This document shows positions 1 through 9,398 of a DNA stretch of 33,925 nucleotides, one piece after another; positions within the stretch are counted from its first letter, which is position 1, and every line of letters begins with the position of its first letter. Under the pieces are notes generated by a model. That model was given only the letters and a program-made list of their open reading frames with translations. It did not search any database and was not told the DNA's origin. The stretch is from Candidatus Iainarchaeum sp. Its GTDB lineage: Archaea; B1Sed10-29. Where the stretch lies: NCBI GenBank assembly GCA_003551125.1, contig PULY01000028.1, forward strand, positions 1-33,925, written 5' to 3'. Position numbers and translations under genes: made by a program.

Positions 1-426
1 CATTTCTTCAGGTTCCAGTTTTTTCTTCGTTTCCTCTTTGTTATCTACTTTTTCCGCGTATTTTTTTCTTCCTATTTTTTTTCTCATTAGAATTCTTTTG
101 GCCCTTTCTTCTATATCCGCTGTTAGAAATATTTTTAGATCTGCATTTTGAACGTGATATGCGCTTAGTTTTCCGTTTATTACTATTTTTTCCTTTTTCT
201 TCATTTTCTTTTTCTGTTTTTGATCTATTTCTCTGTTGAATTTTCTCAGTTCTTCGGGTTCTTCTTCTTGTTTTTTCCAGAGTTGTTCTATTTCCAGTTC
301 TTTTTCTTTTGCTAATTTTCTGCACATTTCTCCTATTTTTATTACTTTATAGCCTAGTTCTTCACCTAACATGTCTGTGGCTGTGGTGTCTCCTGCTCCT
401 GGAGTTCCAGAAATAGTTATTATCAT
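1..426 (-). CDS. cmk: Cytidylate kinase, archaeal type (3' end runs off the window)
   Basis: Not in the ORF track. Manual translation from ATG at 426 gives MIITISGTPGAGDTTATDMLGEELGYKVIKIGEMCRKLAKEK...IDQKQ...IVINGKLSAYHVQNADLKIFLTADIEERAKRI, open to position 1. ATGA overlap with the DUF106 stop, and the usual position after secY-adk-DUF106. Confidence 0.88.
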   Translation of the reverse strand, partial: MIITISGTPGAGDTTATDMLGEELGYKVIKIGEMCRKLAKEKELEIEQLWKKQEEEPEELRKFNREIDQKQKKKMKKKEKIVINGKLSAYHVQNADLKIFLTADIEERAKRILMRKKIGRKKYAEKVDNKEETKKKLEPEEM

Positions 427-845
427 TTTTTGTCTTTCTTCTTTCTTTTTCTATGTGTCTTATAGATTGCTTCGAGTATTAGGCTTACTGTTATTGAAAT
501 TAGTATGTACCACCATATCCAACTTAGACCTATGTTGAGAACTGGTAGGTGTGCTACGGTTCCTATTTCTCCAAATGTTCTTCTTAGCCATAGGAAAACT
601 AGCAGTATTGGTAGCATTGTTATTAGCATTGGTTTGAAGTTGTTTTTCATCATTTCCTTTGATAGTGAGAACATTTCTTTTTGAATCTCTTTGTCCTCTG
701 GCTTTTCTTTTGATTCTTTTTTCAGTTTATTCATCTCTTCTTTTATTTCTTCTACTCTGTCTTGATTAACTAATAGCTTTTGAACTAGTGTTGACATTGA
801 TGATACTATTACGGCTACTATTGCTATTGTTATTTGTGGGTCCAT
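423..845 (-). CDS. DUF106 / EMC3-TMCO1 (Oxa1 superfamily) membrane protein
   Basis: N-terminal TM, charged coiled coil, FKPMLITMLP motif, W-I-W-W-Y-I segment; conserved position downstream of adk. Confidence 0.88.
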   Translation of the reverse strand: MDPQITIAIVAVIVSSMSTLVQKLLVNQDRVEEIKEEMNKLKKESKEKPEDKEIQKEMFSLSKEMMKNNFKPMLITMLPILLVFLWLRRTFGEIGTVAHLPVLNIGLSWIWWYILISITVSLILEAIYKTHRKRKKKDKK

Positions 846-860
846 TTATTTCACCTTTTT

Positions 861-1409
861 TTATTCTTTCATGGTTTTTACAAGTTCTTTACCGGCTTTT
901 TTTGATTTATTTGGTTTATTTTTAATTATTTTTATGACAGCTCCTGTTATGGTAGATATTGATGCTGCGTAGTACCTGTTTAGCTTTTGATGTTGTTCTG
1001 GTGGTAGTGTAAAATCACTTCTTTTCCTGGTTTTATCTTTTTTTCTCCTACTTCTTATTTCATTTGGTTCCGCTTCTATTAGTATTATTCGGTCCGGCTT
1101 TATTTTTTCCGCTACCCATTTTGGTATTCCTGGTACTATTCCTTTTGGTGTTTCTATAGCCAGATGTGTATCTATTAGCAGTTTCTTTTTTTTCTTCATT
1201 TTTTTTGCTGTTTCTTTCTGGAGTTTTTTAGTTTTTTCTGGCGATAGTTTTCTTATTTGGTCTCTATCTTCCACTATTTCTCGTTTTTTTGCCGTTTCAA
1301 GCATTTTTGTTCCAAAGTTAACTGTTTCATATTTCGGTAGTTGTTTTGATGCTTCTTTTAGAACTGTTGTTTTTCCAACTCCAGGTATTCCTATTATTAT
1401 AGCTTTCAT
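861..1409 (-). CDS. adkA: Adenylate kinase, archaeal type
   Basis: GIPGVGKTT P-loop, NFGTKML, DRDQIRKL, IDTH, PGIP motifs; follows secY. Confidence 0.95.
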   Translation of the reverse strand: MKAIIIGIPGVGKTTVLKEASKQLPKYETVNFGTKMLETAKKREIVEDRDQIRKLSPEKTKKLQKETAKKMKKKKKLLIDTHLAIETPKGIVPGIPKWVAEKIKPDRIILIEAEPNEIRSRRKKDKTRKRSDFTLPPEQHQKLNRYYAASISTITGAVIKIIKNKPNKSKKAGKELVKTMKE

Positions 1410-1451
1410 TTTTCCACCTTTTTGAGGGGTTTGGGTGAGCCGAACTATTCT

Positions 1452-1466
1452 CTTAAATATTTAAAA
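1452..1466 (-). promoter_or_regulatory. Putative internal TATA box for adk-DUF106-cmk
   Basis: Minus strand reads TTTTAAATATTTAAG directly after the secY stop, about 45-55 nt upstream of the adk ATG, which carries a GGTGG SD. Confidence 0.4.
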
Positions 1467-1468
1467 GC

Positions 1469-2851
1469 TTAAGTTGGTAGTTTGCTTGGATCTATTCCAG
1501 GTATATCTCTAAATGCTTCTTCACTGGCTAATGATTCGTAGATTTGGTATAGGATTCCTACTAGTAGTAGTATTCCCATTCCTGTTCCTACTGCTCCCGT
1601 TAGATCAGCTAGTACTGCTAATATAGCTACTGCTGCTGCTGATATAGTTATTAATGGCGGTATGTATCGGTCCAAAACTCTTTTTATTACTCTTTTATCT
1701 CTTCGGAATCCTGGGACATGTAGACCTATTCCTTTTAGTTGGTCAGCTACGTCTTCACTGGTCATATTACTCATTTTTGCCCAGAACTTTCCAAATACTA
1801 TTGCACCTAAAATCATTCCTCCTGTATAGAAGAGTATTTGAAATATTGTTCTTGGATCTTGTGCGGTTGCTCTTATGTCTGCGGGCGTTCCAAGTGCTCC
1901 GTGTGGTGCTTGTAAGTAATAAGCTACTCCGGATACTGGTTGATTATCGTGAAATTCTCCTAATATCGGCATTCCCATTCTATCCATCGCTATCCCCCAT
2001 AGTTGTATGTTTGCGAATAGCGCTGCTACGAATATTACAGGTATTACTGATAGATACATGAATTTTAATGGGTATTTTGTTCCTCTTCCTCTCATTCTGC
2101 TTGAGGTTAGTGGTATCTCAACTTTCATGGTTTGTACGTAAACAGCTATTAGGAAAACGACTGCTGTGAATATTATTGGGAATATTGCTTCTGTAGGTAT
2201 GTTTCCCATTATTGTTCCCCTCATTATTTGAGGTATGAGTCCTATGAATTCTCCTGTTCCTGGTATGGTTGCCCAGCTAAATAGTCTCCACATTATTGTT
2301 GATGATACTCCTGCTACAATGAATAGTCCTACTCCTGAACCTATGCCGTATTTTGATACTACTTCGTCCAGGTATATGATCATGATTCCTCCTACTGCTA
2401 GTTGTAGGATAAGTATTGCTGATGTTAGTCCTCCTCCTGTGGCTGGTATGAATCCACTTATTACGTATACTCCCGCTTCAAAGAAACAGAATACTATTGC
2501 CAGTAATTTCTGTGTTCCTTGGAAAAGTGATTTTTGAGAAGGGTCACTCATATCCATATTTATTATGTCTGCTCCGATTAGAAGTTGTAATATAATTGAT
2601 GCCATTACGATAGGTCCAATTCCCAGTGTTGCTAGTGTACCTAGCTCTGAAGCTGTTATTAATTGTAGACTTTCTAGGAATTCACCTTGTTCAGCTATCG
2701 CTGCTCCTATTGGTCTTATTATTCCTAGTACTAAAAATGTCGTTAAGGCTACTCCTGTCCAAATAAGCCTTTTCTTTAACTTAGGTGTTATGTCAGGTTC
2801 TCTTACTTCGGGTAATATTTCTATTAGTGGTCTTAGTATGTTTAAGTTCAC
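1469..2851 (-). CDS. secY: Preprotein translocase subunit SecY
   Basis: LGIGPIVMASIILQLL, LDEVVSKYGIGSGVGLFI, YPLKFMYLSVIPVIF, PGFRRD motifs; multiple TM segments. Confidence 0.98.
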   Translation of the reverse strand: MNLNILRPLIEILPEVREPDITPKLKKRLIWTGVALTTFLVLGIIRPIGAAIAEQGEFLESLQLITASELGTLATLGIGPIVMASIILQLLIGADIINMDMSDPSQKSLFQGTQKLLAIVFCFFEAGVYVISGFIPATGGGLTSAILILQLAVGGIMIIYLDEVVSKYGIGSGVGLFIVAGVSSTIMWRLFSWATIPGTGEFIGLIPQIMRGTIMGNIPTEAIFPIIFTAVVFLIAVYVQTMKVEIPLTSSRMRGRGTKYPLKFMYLSVIPVIFVAALFANIQLWGIAMDRMGMPILGEFHDNQPVSGVAYYLQAPHGALGTPADIRATAQDPRTIFQILFYTGGMILGAIVFGKFWAKMSNMTSEDVADQLKGIGLHVPGFRRDKRVIKRVLDRYIPPLITISAAAVAILAVLADLTGAVGTGMGILLLVGILYQIYESLASEEAFRDIPGIDPSKLPT

Positions 2852-2879
2852 TTATCCACCTTTTTGGTAACTTTTTAAT

Positions 2880-3266
2880 TTATTTATCTATTTTAATTGC
2901 TTTTCCGCCTTTTTCTTCAATTTTTCTCTCTGCGGAGCTTGAGAATTTTTGAGCTTTTATCTTGATTGGTTTTTTGAGTTGTCCTCCACCCAGTACTTTT
3001 TCGTATCCGTGTTCTTTTAGATTTATCTCTTCTGTTTCTTCCGTTATAAGTTCATTTATATCTGTTAAGTTTATTCCCGTTTCTTCCGGTTTTTTGGTGC
3101 TGAATCCTTTTTTCCTTTTTAGTCCTTTCTTGACTAAGTGCATGTAGTTTCTTCCACCTTTTCTTGATGCTGTTCCTTTTCTGCTTCCTCGTCCTCTTCC
3201 GTGTTTTGTATTTCCTCTTCCGTGGGTTCTGCTTCCTCTGTGTTTCTTTTTCTTTTTCTTAGCCAT
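2880..3266 (-). CDS. rpl15p: 50S ribosomal protein uL15
   Basis: RGSRTHGRG...RGRG, GYEKVLGGG, FSSSAERKIEEKGG; ATG at 3266 after a GAGGTG SD. Confidence 0.95.
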   Translation of the reverse strand: MAKKKKKKHRGSRTHGRGNTKHGRGRGSRKGTASRKGGRNYMHLVKKGLKRKKGFSTKKPEETGINLTDINELITEETEEINLKEHGYEKVLGGGQLKKPIKIKAQKFSSSAERKIEEKGGKAIKIDK

Positions 3267-3281
3267 TTTCACACCTCTTTG

Positions 3282-3656
3282 TTAAATCATTCTTTCTATT
3301 AATTGGTTTATTCCTTTTCCTCTATTTCCTAGTTCTCCTTTGTTGTTGTAGTGTCTTTTTTTGGATCCTTTGAATCCTCCTTTTGGAGGGTGTAGTTTGA
3401 TTGTTTTTTCTATTCCTTTTTCTTCGATATTCTTTGGTTTTTCTATTTCTTTTTTATCCAGCAGTTTTTCCAGTGTTTCTTGGTTTATTTCTCCCCATGT
3501 TACGTAACCTTCAACTTTCTTTAGCATTCCTTCGTAACTTTTTTTATCCGGTAGTATCCTGCAATTATGAGTATTTTTTAATTTAAGCATTTCTAGAGTG
3601 TCTCTTGTTTTTTTTGGAAGATTTACATTTCCTCTTAGTCTTATTGCTGCTATCAT
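3282..3656 (-). CDS. rpl30p: 50S ribosomal protein uL30
   Basis: AAIRLRG...TLEMLKL, YVTWGEI, LHPPKGGF, GELGNRG. Confidence 0.95.
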   Translation of the reverse strand: MIAAIRLRGNVNLPKKTRDTLEMLKLKNTHNCRILPDKKSYEGMLKKVEGYVTWGEINQETLEKLLDKKEIEKPKNIEEKGIEKTIKLHPPKGGFKGSKKRHYNNKGELGNRGKGINQLIERMI

Positions 3657-4276
3657 TTTCCTTCACCTTTTTGTTTTTCTTTTTGTCTTTTTTCTCTTGT
3701 TTGTTTTAATGCTTTCAAGGTTGCTTTTCCGTAGTTTTTGTTTGTTCTTGTTTTTCCTCTTGTTTTTGTCCATGCGTCTTTTATTCCTGCTAGTTTGAGT
3801 ATTTTTTTAGCTGTTTCTCCTGCTACTATCCCGGTTCCTTTTGGTGCTGGTTTGATTGTTATTTCAGTGGATCCTTCTTTTCCTTTGACTGTTAGAGGTA
3901 TTGAATGTTCTTCTCCACATCCACATTCCCATGATCCACATCCTCTTCTTATTGATTGTACGTTTCTTTTTGCGTTTTTTACCGCTTTTTCTATTGTTGG
4001 TCCGTATTCTCTTCCTTTTTGTTCTCCTATTCCTACGTGACCATTTTTATCTCCTACTGCTACTGTTATGTTTAACGAGAATTTTCTTCCTGAGTCAGTT
4101 ACTCTTGTTACTCTCATTACATCTATCTTTTCTTCTTCCATTCTAGGTAATAGTTTTTCTACAATTTCATGTTCCAGTATAGGTTTTCTATATTTGTAGA
4201 TTTGTTCGAAGTTCGTTATTTCTCCGTTTTTTACTTTTCTTCCTAATTCTGTTTTTGGTTCCCAATTTTCCGTCAT
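3653..4276 (-). CDS. rps5: 30S ribosomal protein uS5
   Basis: WEPKTELGRKV, TDSGRK, RGCGSWECGC, PAPKGTGIVAG. Confidence 0.97.
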   Translation of the reverse strand: MTENWEPKTELGRKVKNGEITNFEQIYKYRKPILEHEIVEKLLPRMEEEKIDVMRVTRVTDSGRKFSLNITVAVGDKNGHVGIGEQKGREYGPTIEKAVKNAKRNVQSIRRGCGSWECGCGEEHSIPLTVKGKEGSTEITIKPAPKGTGIVAGETAKKILKLAGIKDAWTKTRGKTRTNKNYGKATLKALKQTREKRQKEKQKGEGK

Positions 4277-4303
4277 TTTATCTTTCCTCTTTTGATGGAT
4301 TTT

Positions 4304-4810
4304 TTATTTATTTTTTATTTTTTCAGCTATTTCATTTATTTTAAGGTCTTTATCTTTGTATTCTTCTATGTGTTTTCCTTTTATTCTTTCTTCATCTGGA
4401 AGTACTTTTTTACCGTGAGGTATTTCCATTCCTGCTTCAACTGCTCCTTTTAGAACAGCGAATGTTTTACTTCCTTTTACTGGTGTTCTACGGCCTATGT
4501 CGAGTACTGCTTCTTTTATTTCTTTTTCCTGCGCTCTTTTTCCTATTAGTAATCCTGTTAGGTATGCTGCAGGGATGTTTGAATAGTTTCCTTCATAACC
4601 GTATTCTTTTAGTTCTTTTGATATTGCTTGTGTAATGGTTTCGTCTCCTTTTGGATTATATTCGATTATTTGTGATATTATCGTATTATTTTGTATTCTT
4701 ACTACTAATCTTTTCTTTCTTGATTTTATTAGGCTGATTCTTTTTCTGTAATCAGTTTTACCTTCTCTTCTTCTTCGTCTTGGTACTCTGTATCTTTTTC
4801 CTTTAGCCAT
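4304..4810 (-). CDS. rpl18p: 50S ribosomal protein uL18
   Basis: RRRREGKTDYRKR, NIPAAYLTGLL, LDIGR, GAVEAGMEIPH. Confidence 0.97.
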   Translation of the reverse strand: MAKGKRYRVPRRRRREGKTDYRKRISLIKSRKKRLVVRIQNNTIISQIIEYNPKGDETITQAISKELKEYGYEGNYSNIPAAYLTGLLIGKRAQEKEIKEAVLDIGRRTPVKGSKTFAVLKGAVEAGMEIPHGKKVLPDEERIKGKHIEEYKDKDLKINEIAEKIKNK

Positions 4811-5252
4811 CTTTATCTCCTTTTTTCAGATTTTTTTCTTTGATGTAGTTCATGAGTTGTCTTTTACTTTTGAATGTATTTCCTTTTATTTTTCTGTATA
4901 GGTCTTGATATGCTCCTTCCTTCAATTGTGGTTTTATTTTTTTCAGTTTTTTTCTTTGAGCTCTTACTCTTTGTATCCATTCATCTTTTGATTTTCTTCT
5001 AGCTTCTTTTGCTCCTTTTCTTTTTCCTTTTCCTTTCTTTCTTCCTTTTTTCTTTTGTGATTGTTTTTTTCTTGCTCTTCCTCTGCTGGTTCCTTTTTTC
5101 TGTTTTTTAACTATTGCTCCTTCTTTTATTTTTTCTTTGACGTCTTGTCTTGTCATTACTTCTCTTGCTTCCTCTGGTCTTATTATTTTGATTCTTTTTT
5201 CCCCTGTTTTCATGACCTTTGCTGCTAATGCTTTAACTTTATTTAGTTCCAT
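4803..5252 (-). CDS. rpl19e: 50S ribosomal protein eL19
   Basis: LAAKVM, TRQDV, GTSRGRAR, RKGAKEAR, WIQRVRAQR, LYRKIKGNTF. Confidence 0.95.
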   Translation of the reverse strand: MELNKVKALAAKVMKTGEKRIKIIRPEEAREVMTRQDVKEKIKEGAIVKKQKKGTSRGRARKKQSQKKKGRKKGKGKRKGAKEARRKSKDEWIQRVRAQRKKLKKIKPQLKEGAYQDLYRKIKGNTFKSKRQLMNYIKEKNLKKGDKDG

Positions 5253-5260
5253 TTTTATCA

Positions 5261-5638
5261 CTATTTGTTGATTATTTTGAAGTTTTTATCTTCCGCTTTT
5301 TCTATTATTTTTTCTTTTTTTCTTTTTCCAACGCTTCCAGCTATTCTTATTGCGTGTTTTTCAGGATTTAATTTTTCTATTTGATTTGGATTATGTATTA
5401 GTTTGTCTTCATATCCTGATGGGTGTAGTCCTCTTATTTCTCGAGGCTGTCCGTAACCTATGCTTGGTTTTTTTGGTGTTTCTTTTTTTCCTTTTCTTTG
5501 TTTTGAATTCATTCCTCTTGGTCTTCTCCAGTTTTCCTTTAATTTTTTGTATCTTGTTCTTTGTCTCTTGAATTTTGGTTTTTTTCTTTTTCCACTGACT
5601 GGTGTTCTTTTGTTTTTTTCCGTTTTTTCTTTTGTCAT
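5261..5638 (-). CDS. rpl32e: 50S ribosomal protein eL32
   Basis: KPKFKRQ, WRRPRG, GYGQP...RGLHPSG, IAGSVGKRK. Confidence 0.96.
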   Translation of the reverse strand: MTKEKTEKNKRTPVSGKRKKPKFKRQRTRYKKLKENWRRPRGMNSKQRKGKKETPKKPSIGYGQPREIRGLHPSGYEDKLIHNPNQIEKLNPEKHAIRIAGSVGKRKKEKIIEKAEDKNFKIINK

Positions 5639-5652
5639 TTTATCCACCTTGG

Positions 5653-6177
5653 TTACTTGGCTTTTTTCACTATGTATATTCCATCTTCGAATACTCTTGG
5701 ATCTTTATTTTTTATCCATGTTTTTTGTTCTAGGTTTGCTGCTGTTTGCCCTGCTTTTTCTTTGTTTTTTCCTTTTATGGTTATTTCTTCTCCTTTTATT
5801 TCTACTTCTGTGTCTCCCAGTATGTCAACGTATCTGGGTTTTTGTTCACCTGAGAAGTTTTCTATTTTTATTTTGTCTCCTTCTTTTTTTACTTTCATCG
5901 GGAAGTGTCGGTATATTATTCTGAGTTTGTATTCATGTCCTTCTTGTAGTCCTTTTATCATGTTTTTTATTTTTCCTTGTATTGTTCCCAGCATTGCTTT
6001 TTCATGTTTTTTAACCGGTTCTTCCGCTGTGATTGTGATTTTGTCTCCTTCTTTTTTGAGTTTTATTTTTCCCAAATCGAATTTTTCTTCCAATGTTTCT
6101 CCGTTTTTCTCTACTTTTACAGTATCTTTGGAGATCTCAATTTCCATTTCTTCCGGTATTTCAACTTCTCTTTGCAT
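5653..6177 (-). CDS. rpl6: 50S ribosomal protein uL6
   Basis: YRHFPM, ENFSGEQKPR, GQTAANLEQ, KDPRVFEDGIYI. Confidence 0.97.
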   Translation of the reverse strand: MQREVEIPEEMEIEISKDTVKVEKNGETLEEKFDLGKIKLKKEGDKITITAEEPVKKHEKAMLGTIQGKIKNMIKGLQEGHEYKLRIIYRHFPMKVKKEGDKIKIENFSGEQKPRYVDILGDTEVEIKGEEITIKGKNKEKAGQTAANLEQKTWIKNKDPRVFEDGIYIVKKAK

Positions 6178-6198
6178 TTTTTCACCTTTTGTTACTTC

Positions 6199-6582
6199 TT
6201 AGTATACGTATGCTATTACTCTTCCTCCGATTTCTCTTTCATCTGCTTCTTCTGCTGTCATTATGCCTTTTGATGTTGTTACTATGAGATGTCCGAATCC
6301 CTCAGCTGGCAGGTAACTTTCTTTCCATTTTGAGTATTCGTTTTTCTTTACAGGGTATCTTGGCTTTATCGCTTTACAGTCATTTATTGTTCCTTTTAGC
6401 ATTACTCTGTATATTCCTGCTTTTCCATCCTCTATAAATTCATACTCTCCTATGTATCCTTTCTTTTGGAGTATTTTAAGTATGTTTCCAATTAGTTTTG
6501 AAGCTGGTTTTATTACGCATTCTTCTTTACTCGCTTCTTCGGAGTTTTTGAGGTTTATCATTGCTTCTCCTAGTCTATCCAT
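6199..6582 (-). CDS. rps8: 30S ribosomal protein uS8
   Basis: KPASKLI, GYIGEYEFIEDGKAG, IKPRYPV, YLPAEGFG, TTSKGIM. Confidence 0.97.
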   Translation of the reverse strand: MDRLGEAMINLKNSEEASKEECVIKPASKLIGNILKILQKKGYIGEYEFIEDGKAGIYRVMLKGTINDCKAIKPRYPVKKNEYSKWKESYLPAEGFGHLIVTTSKGIMTAEEADEREIGGRVIAYVY

Positions 6583-6605
6583 TTTTATCACGTTTTTTGT
6601 TTTTT

Positions 6606-6779
6606 TTAATCGCCGTATTTTCTAAATCCTAATTCTTCTGCTTTTTCACGGAAGCATTTTCTACATATTAGTAATCCGTATTTTCTTATTACTCCATGTC
6701 TGTTTCCGCAGAATCTACATATTCTTTCTTTTTCTCCTTTTCTTGAGTATGAAAACCGTTTTTCTTTTTCTTTTGTCAT
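6606..6779 (-). CDS. rps14: 30S ribosomal protein uS14 (zinc-binding type)
   Basis: CRFCG...[15 protein letters not shown]...LGFRKY. Confidence 0.95.
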   Translation of the reverse strand: MTKEKEKRFSYSRKGEKERICRFCGNRHGVIRKYGLLICRKCFREKAEELGFRKYGD

Positions 6780-6790
6780 CTTTTCACCTT

Positions 6791-7300
6791 TCATTCTTTA
6801 ATCTCTATATCAAATTTATTTTTTAGATATTTGATAGTTTCTTCTGGCTTTAGCCTGTGTTTTTTAGGAGTTTTTTTCCTTTCTATTTTTCTTTTGGAGT
6901 TTCTGTATCCCCATTTTTTCATTGTGATGTTTATATCCATTCCAATCATTCCTATTTTTGCATCATATTCTATTCCTGGTATATCTATGTATTCTGAGAT
7001 TCCAAAGTTTAGGTTTCCATGTTCATCGAAGTTTTTTCTTTTGACTTCATTTCCTACTGCTTTGAATGCTTTTTCAATCATTTTTTCCGCTTTTTCTCCT
7101 CTTAGTGTTACTTTTGTACCTATTGCTTTTCCTTCTCTGACGTCCCATTGAGGTTCTTTAGATTTTCCTCTTGTTTTAACTGGTTTTTTTCCTGTTATCT
7201 TTTCCAGTAGTTTTTGTGCTTTGTTTAGTTCTTCCCCTGATGTTCCTACTCCTATGTTTACTGTTACTTTTTCTATTCCTATTTTTTCTTGTTCAGTCAT
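6791..7300 (-). CDS. rpl5: 50S ribosomal protein uL5
   Basis: [38 protein letters not shown]. Confidence 0.97.
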   Translation of the reverse strand: MTEQEKIGIEKVTVNIGVGTSGEELNKAQKLLEKITGKKPVKTRGKSKEPQWDVREGKAIGTKVTLRGEKAEKMIEKAFKAVGNEVKRKNFDEHGNLNFGISEYIDIPGIEYDAKIGMIGMDINITMKKWGYRNSKRKIERKKTPKKHRLKPEETIKYLKNKFDIEIKE

Positions 7301-7310
7301 TTTTTCACCT

Positions 7311-8012
7311 TTAGTTTACTCTTGTTTTTATTTCAGGTTTATCTTTTCCTATTGGGAATACATTTCTTTCTTGTGTTTCTATATTCTCTAGTTTTATCAG
7401 AGCTGGTCTTGATTTTGTTCCTGGCATTTTTCCTGTTATTTTTTGTATTTCTCCGGCATGTTTTCCTCTTTTTATGTATGCTTGGTTTCCTTTTTTGAGT
7501 TCGATTATTTTCTCTAATTTATTTTCAGGTATTTTTATTTTTACGGTGTCTCCTGTTTTTGCTTCATCGCTTATTAAGTTTCTACCGTCATGGAGAGTTA
7601 TTTGTGTTTCTCCACCTTTTATTTTCTGTCTTCTTTTTACTCTGCCTAGTTTGTATTTTGCTTCTTTTTCATTTATCTCGATGAATTCTATTTTTCCTCT
7701 TTCGTTGTAGGTTGCTCTGTAGTCTTTTTCACTTGGCTTTATTGTTAATACATCCATAAAGCCTACGGCGTGTTTTGGATTTTTTACTGTGTTTTTATCT
7801 ATTTCTATTTTTCCTTCTTTGATTATTTTTTCCGCTTCTTTACCGTTTTCAACTACTTTTAAGTGGTCTCTTAGAGCTGTTTTTAGAGGTACTGCTTCTT
7901 CTAATTTGTGTGTTCCTGGAGATGGTTTTACTGTCCAGGTGTTTGCTTTTTTATTTATTTTGAGCGTTTTCGGCGCGTTTAGTCTTTTTCTACTCTTACT
8001 CGCTTTAGTCAT
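7311..8012 (-). CDS. rps4e: 30S ribosomal protein eS4
   Basis: KRLNAP, PSPGTH, VGFMDVL, LHDGRN, GKHAGE; alternative start at 8018. Confidence 0.96.
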   Translation of the reverse strand: MTKASKSRKRLNAPKTLKINKKANTWTVKPSPGTHKLEEAVPLKTALRDHLKVVENGKEAEKIIKEGKIEIDKNTVKNPKHAVGFMDVLTIKPSEKDYRATYNERGKIEFIEINEKEAKYKLGRVKRRQKIKGGETQITLHDGRNLISDEAKTGDTVKIKIPENKLEKIIELKKGNQAYIKRGKHAGEIQKITGKMPGTKSRPALIKLENIETQERNVFPIGKDKPEIKTRVN

Positions 8013-8388
8013 TTTCATCCTCTTTTATTTCATCTTTTTTTAGTTTTTTCTCTCTTTTTTTATCTTCAGTATCTATTTTTGTAATCATGAGGTTTGATGG
8101 ATGGAATTTGATGTTTACTCTTTCTTGATCTTGTGTTTCTCTTTCTATGTCTTTTATTTCAACTGTGTAGTCATTCAGGTTTACTCTTTCTACTTTCCCT
8201 GTTTTTCCTTTTTTATCTCCTCTTAATATTTTTACTTTATCTCCTTTTCTTACTTGTACTCTTCTTTTTCCAAATTCTTCTTTTAGCTCTGGTTTTAGCG
8301 TTGCAGACATCTTTTTTTGTCTTTGATGAAGAGCTGCGTTTTTTTCTAGTTTTCTTTGTTTTCCTGGTTTTTTTGTATTTCTTTTCAT
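8005..8388 (-). CDS. rpl24p: 50S ribosomal protein uL24
   Basis: KPGKQRK...NAALH, VRKGDKVKILRG, FHPSNLMI. Confidence 0.96.
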   Translation of the reverse strand: MKRNTKKPGKQRKLEKNAALHQRQKKMSATLKPELKEEFGKRRVQVRKGDKVKILRGDKKGKTGKVERVNLNDYTVEIKDIERETQDQERVNIKFHPSNLMITKIDTEDKKREKKLKKDEIKEDEND

Positions 8389-8399
8389 TTTATCACTTA

Positions 8400-8798
8400 T
8401 TAAACAACATTTTTCGCAATTGTAGCTACTTTTGGCATTCTTTCTCCCACTTCTTTTGCTACTACTCCTTTTATCTCATTTCCTACAGGTACTCCTTTAT
8501 CGTCTATTAGTACTGCTGCGTTATCTTCAAATTTTATCCTTCGTCCGTTTGGTCTTTTAAATTCTTTTTTTTGCCTTATTAATATTGCTCTTACTAATTC
8601 TCTTCTCATTTCTACTTTTCCTTCTATTACTGATGCTTTGAATGTTTCAGATACTCCTATCCCTGGTCTTCTCCTTCTTCTTCCTTTTCCGCCTTCTTTT
8701 GAGACTATCCTGATTTTCTTTGCTCCGCTATTATCATCTACTTTGACTTTACTTCCTATTCTGACTGCTTGTGTTATGTTTGTTGCTAATCCTTTCAT
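8400..8798 (-). CDS. rpl14p: 50S ribosomal protein uL14
   Basis: DNSGAK, IRQKKEFKRPNG, FEDNAAV, KGVVAKE. Confidence 0.97.
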   Translation of the reverse strand: MKGLATNITQAVRIGSKVKVDDNSGAKKIRIVSKEGGKGRRRRRPGIGVSETFKASVIEGKVEMRRELVRAILIRQKKEFKRPNGRRIKFEDNAAVLIDDKGVPVGNEIKGVVAKEVGERMPKVATIAKNVV

Positions 8799-8799
8799 T

Positions 8800-9087
8800 T
8801 TAATCGCCTATTTTTTTTGTTACCACAAAGTGTTTTTTCTTGCTTATTGGTCTGCATTCTGTTACTTGGACTGTATCTCCTTCTTTTATATCTTGACATT
8901 GAGGTTTGTGAGCTGTTATTTTACTGTGTCTTCTTTCGCTTCTTTCGTATTTTGGAACTTTAACTAGGTATTCTCTTCTTCCTATTATTGTGTCTTTTGG
9001 TTTCGTTGATGTGACTTTTATTTTGAATGTGTTTCCGTATGTTTTTATTGATCCGTGTTTAGGGCAATTTTTATCTGTACAGGTCAT
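8800..9087 (-). CDS. rps17p: 30S ribosomal protein uS17
   Basis: CTDKNCPKHG, VPKYER, ECRPISKKKHFVV. Confidence 0.95.
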   Translation of the reverse strand: MTCTDKNCPKHGSIKTYGNTFKIKVTSTKPKDTIIGRREYLVKVPKYERSERRHSKITAHKPQCQDIKEGDTVQVTECRPISKKKHFVVTKKIGD

Positions 9088-9382
9088 TATATTTCCTCCA
9101 ATTTTTCTTTATTCTGTCTTCAGGTCTTTGTTTTATTTCTTCTCCTTTTATTTCAATTTCTTGGTTTTTTTCTTTGAATGTGAATTTTGAGGTCTTTTTT
9201 GGTATTGTTTTTTCTTCTCCATTTTTTGTTTCAATTTTTACAGTGTTTTTTGTCTCATCCACTATTTTACCTTTTATTCCTCTCTTATTTGGGTCTTTGC
9301 TCTCTTTTACTTCCGTTTTTTTGCCTATCAATTCACCCATTATCAATTGGGCTTTTTTTCTCTTTTCTTGTTTTATTGACAT
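9071..9382 (-). CDS. rnp1: Ribonuclease P protein component 1 (Rpp29/Pop4)
   Basis: ELIG, GIKGKIVDETKNT, IPK, RPEDRIK; canonical position between SUI1 and uS17. Confidence 0.93.
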   Translation of the reverse strand: MSIKQEKRKKAQLIMGELIGKKTEVKESKDPNKRGIKGKIVDETKNTVKIETKNGEEKTIPKKTSKFTFKEKNQEIEIKGEEIKQRPEDRIKKNWRKYNDLYR

Positions 9383-9398
9383 TTTTTTCGTTTTGTGG

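Noticed and set aside
41..325. 94-aa Lys/Arg-rich ORF in the ORF track
   Set aside because: It is an alternative frame of cmk; the real frame starts at 426 and carries kinase motifs.
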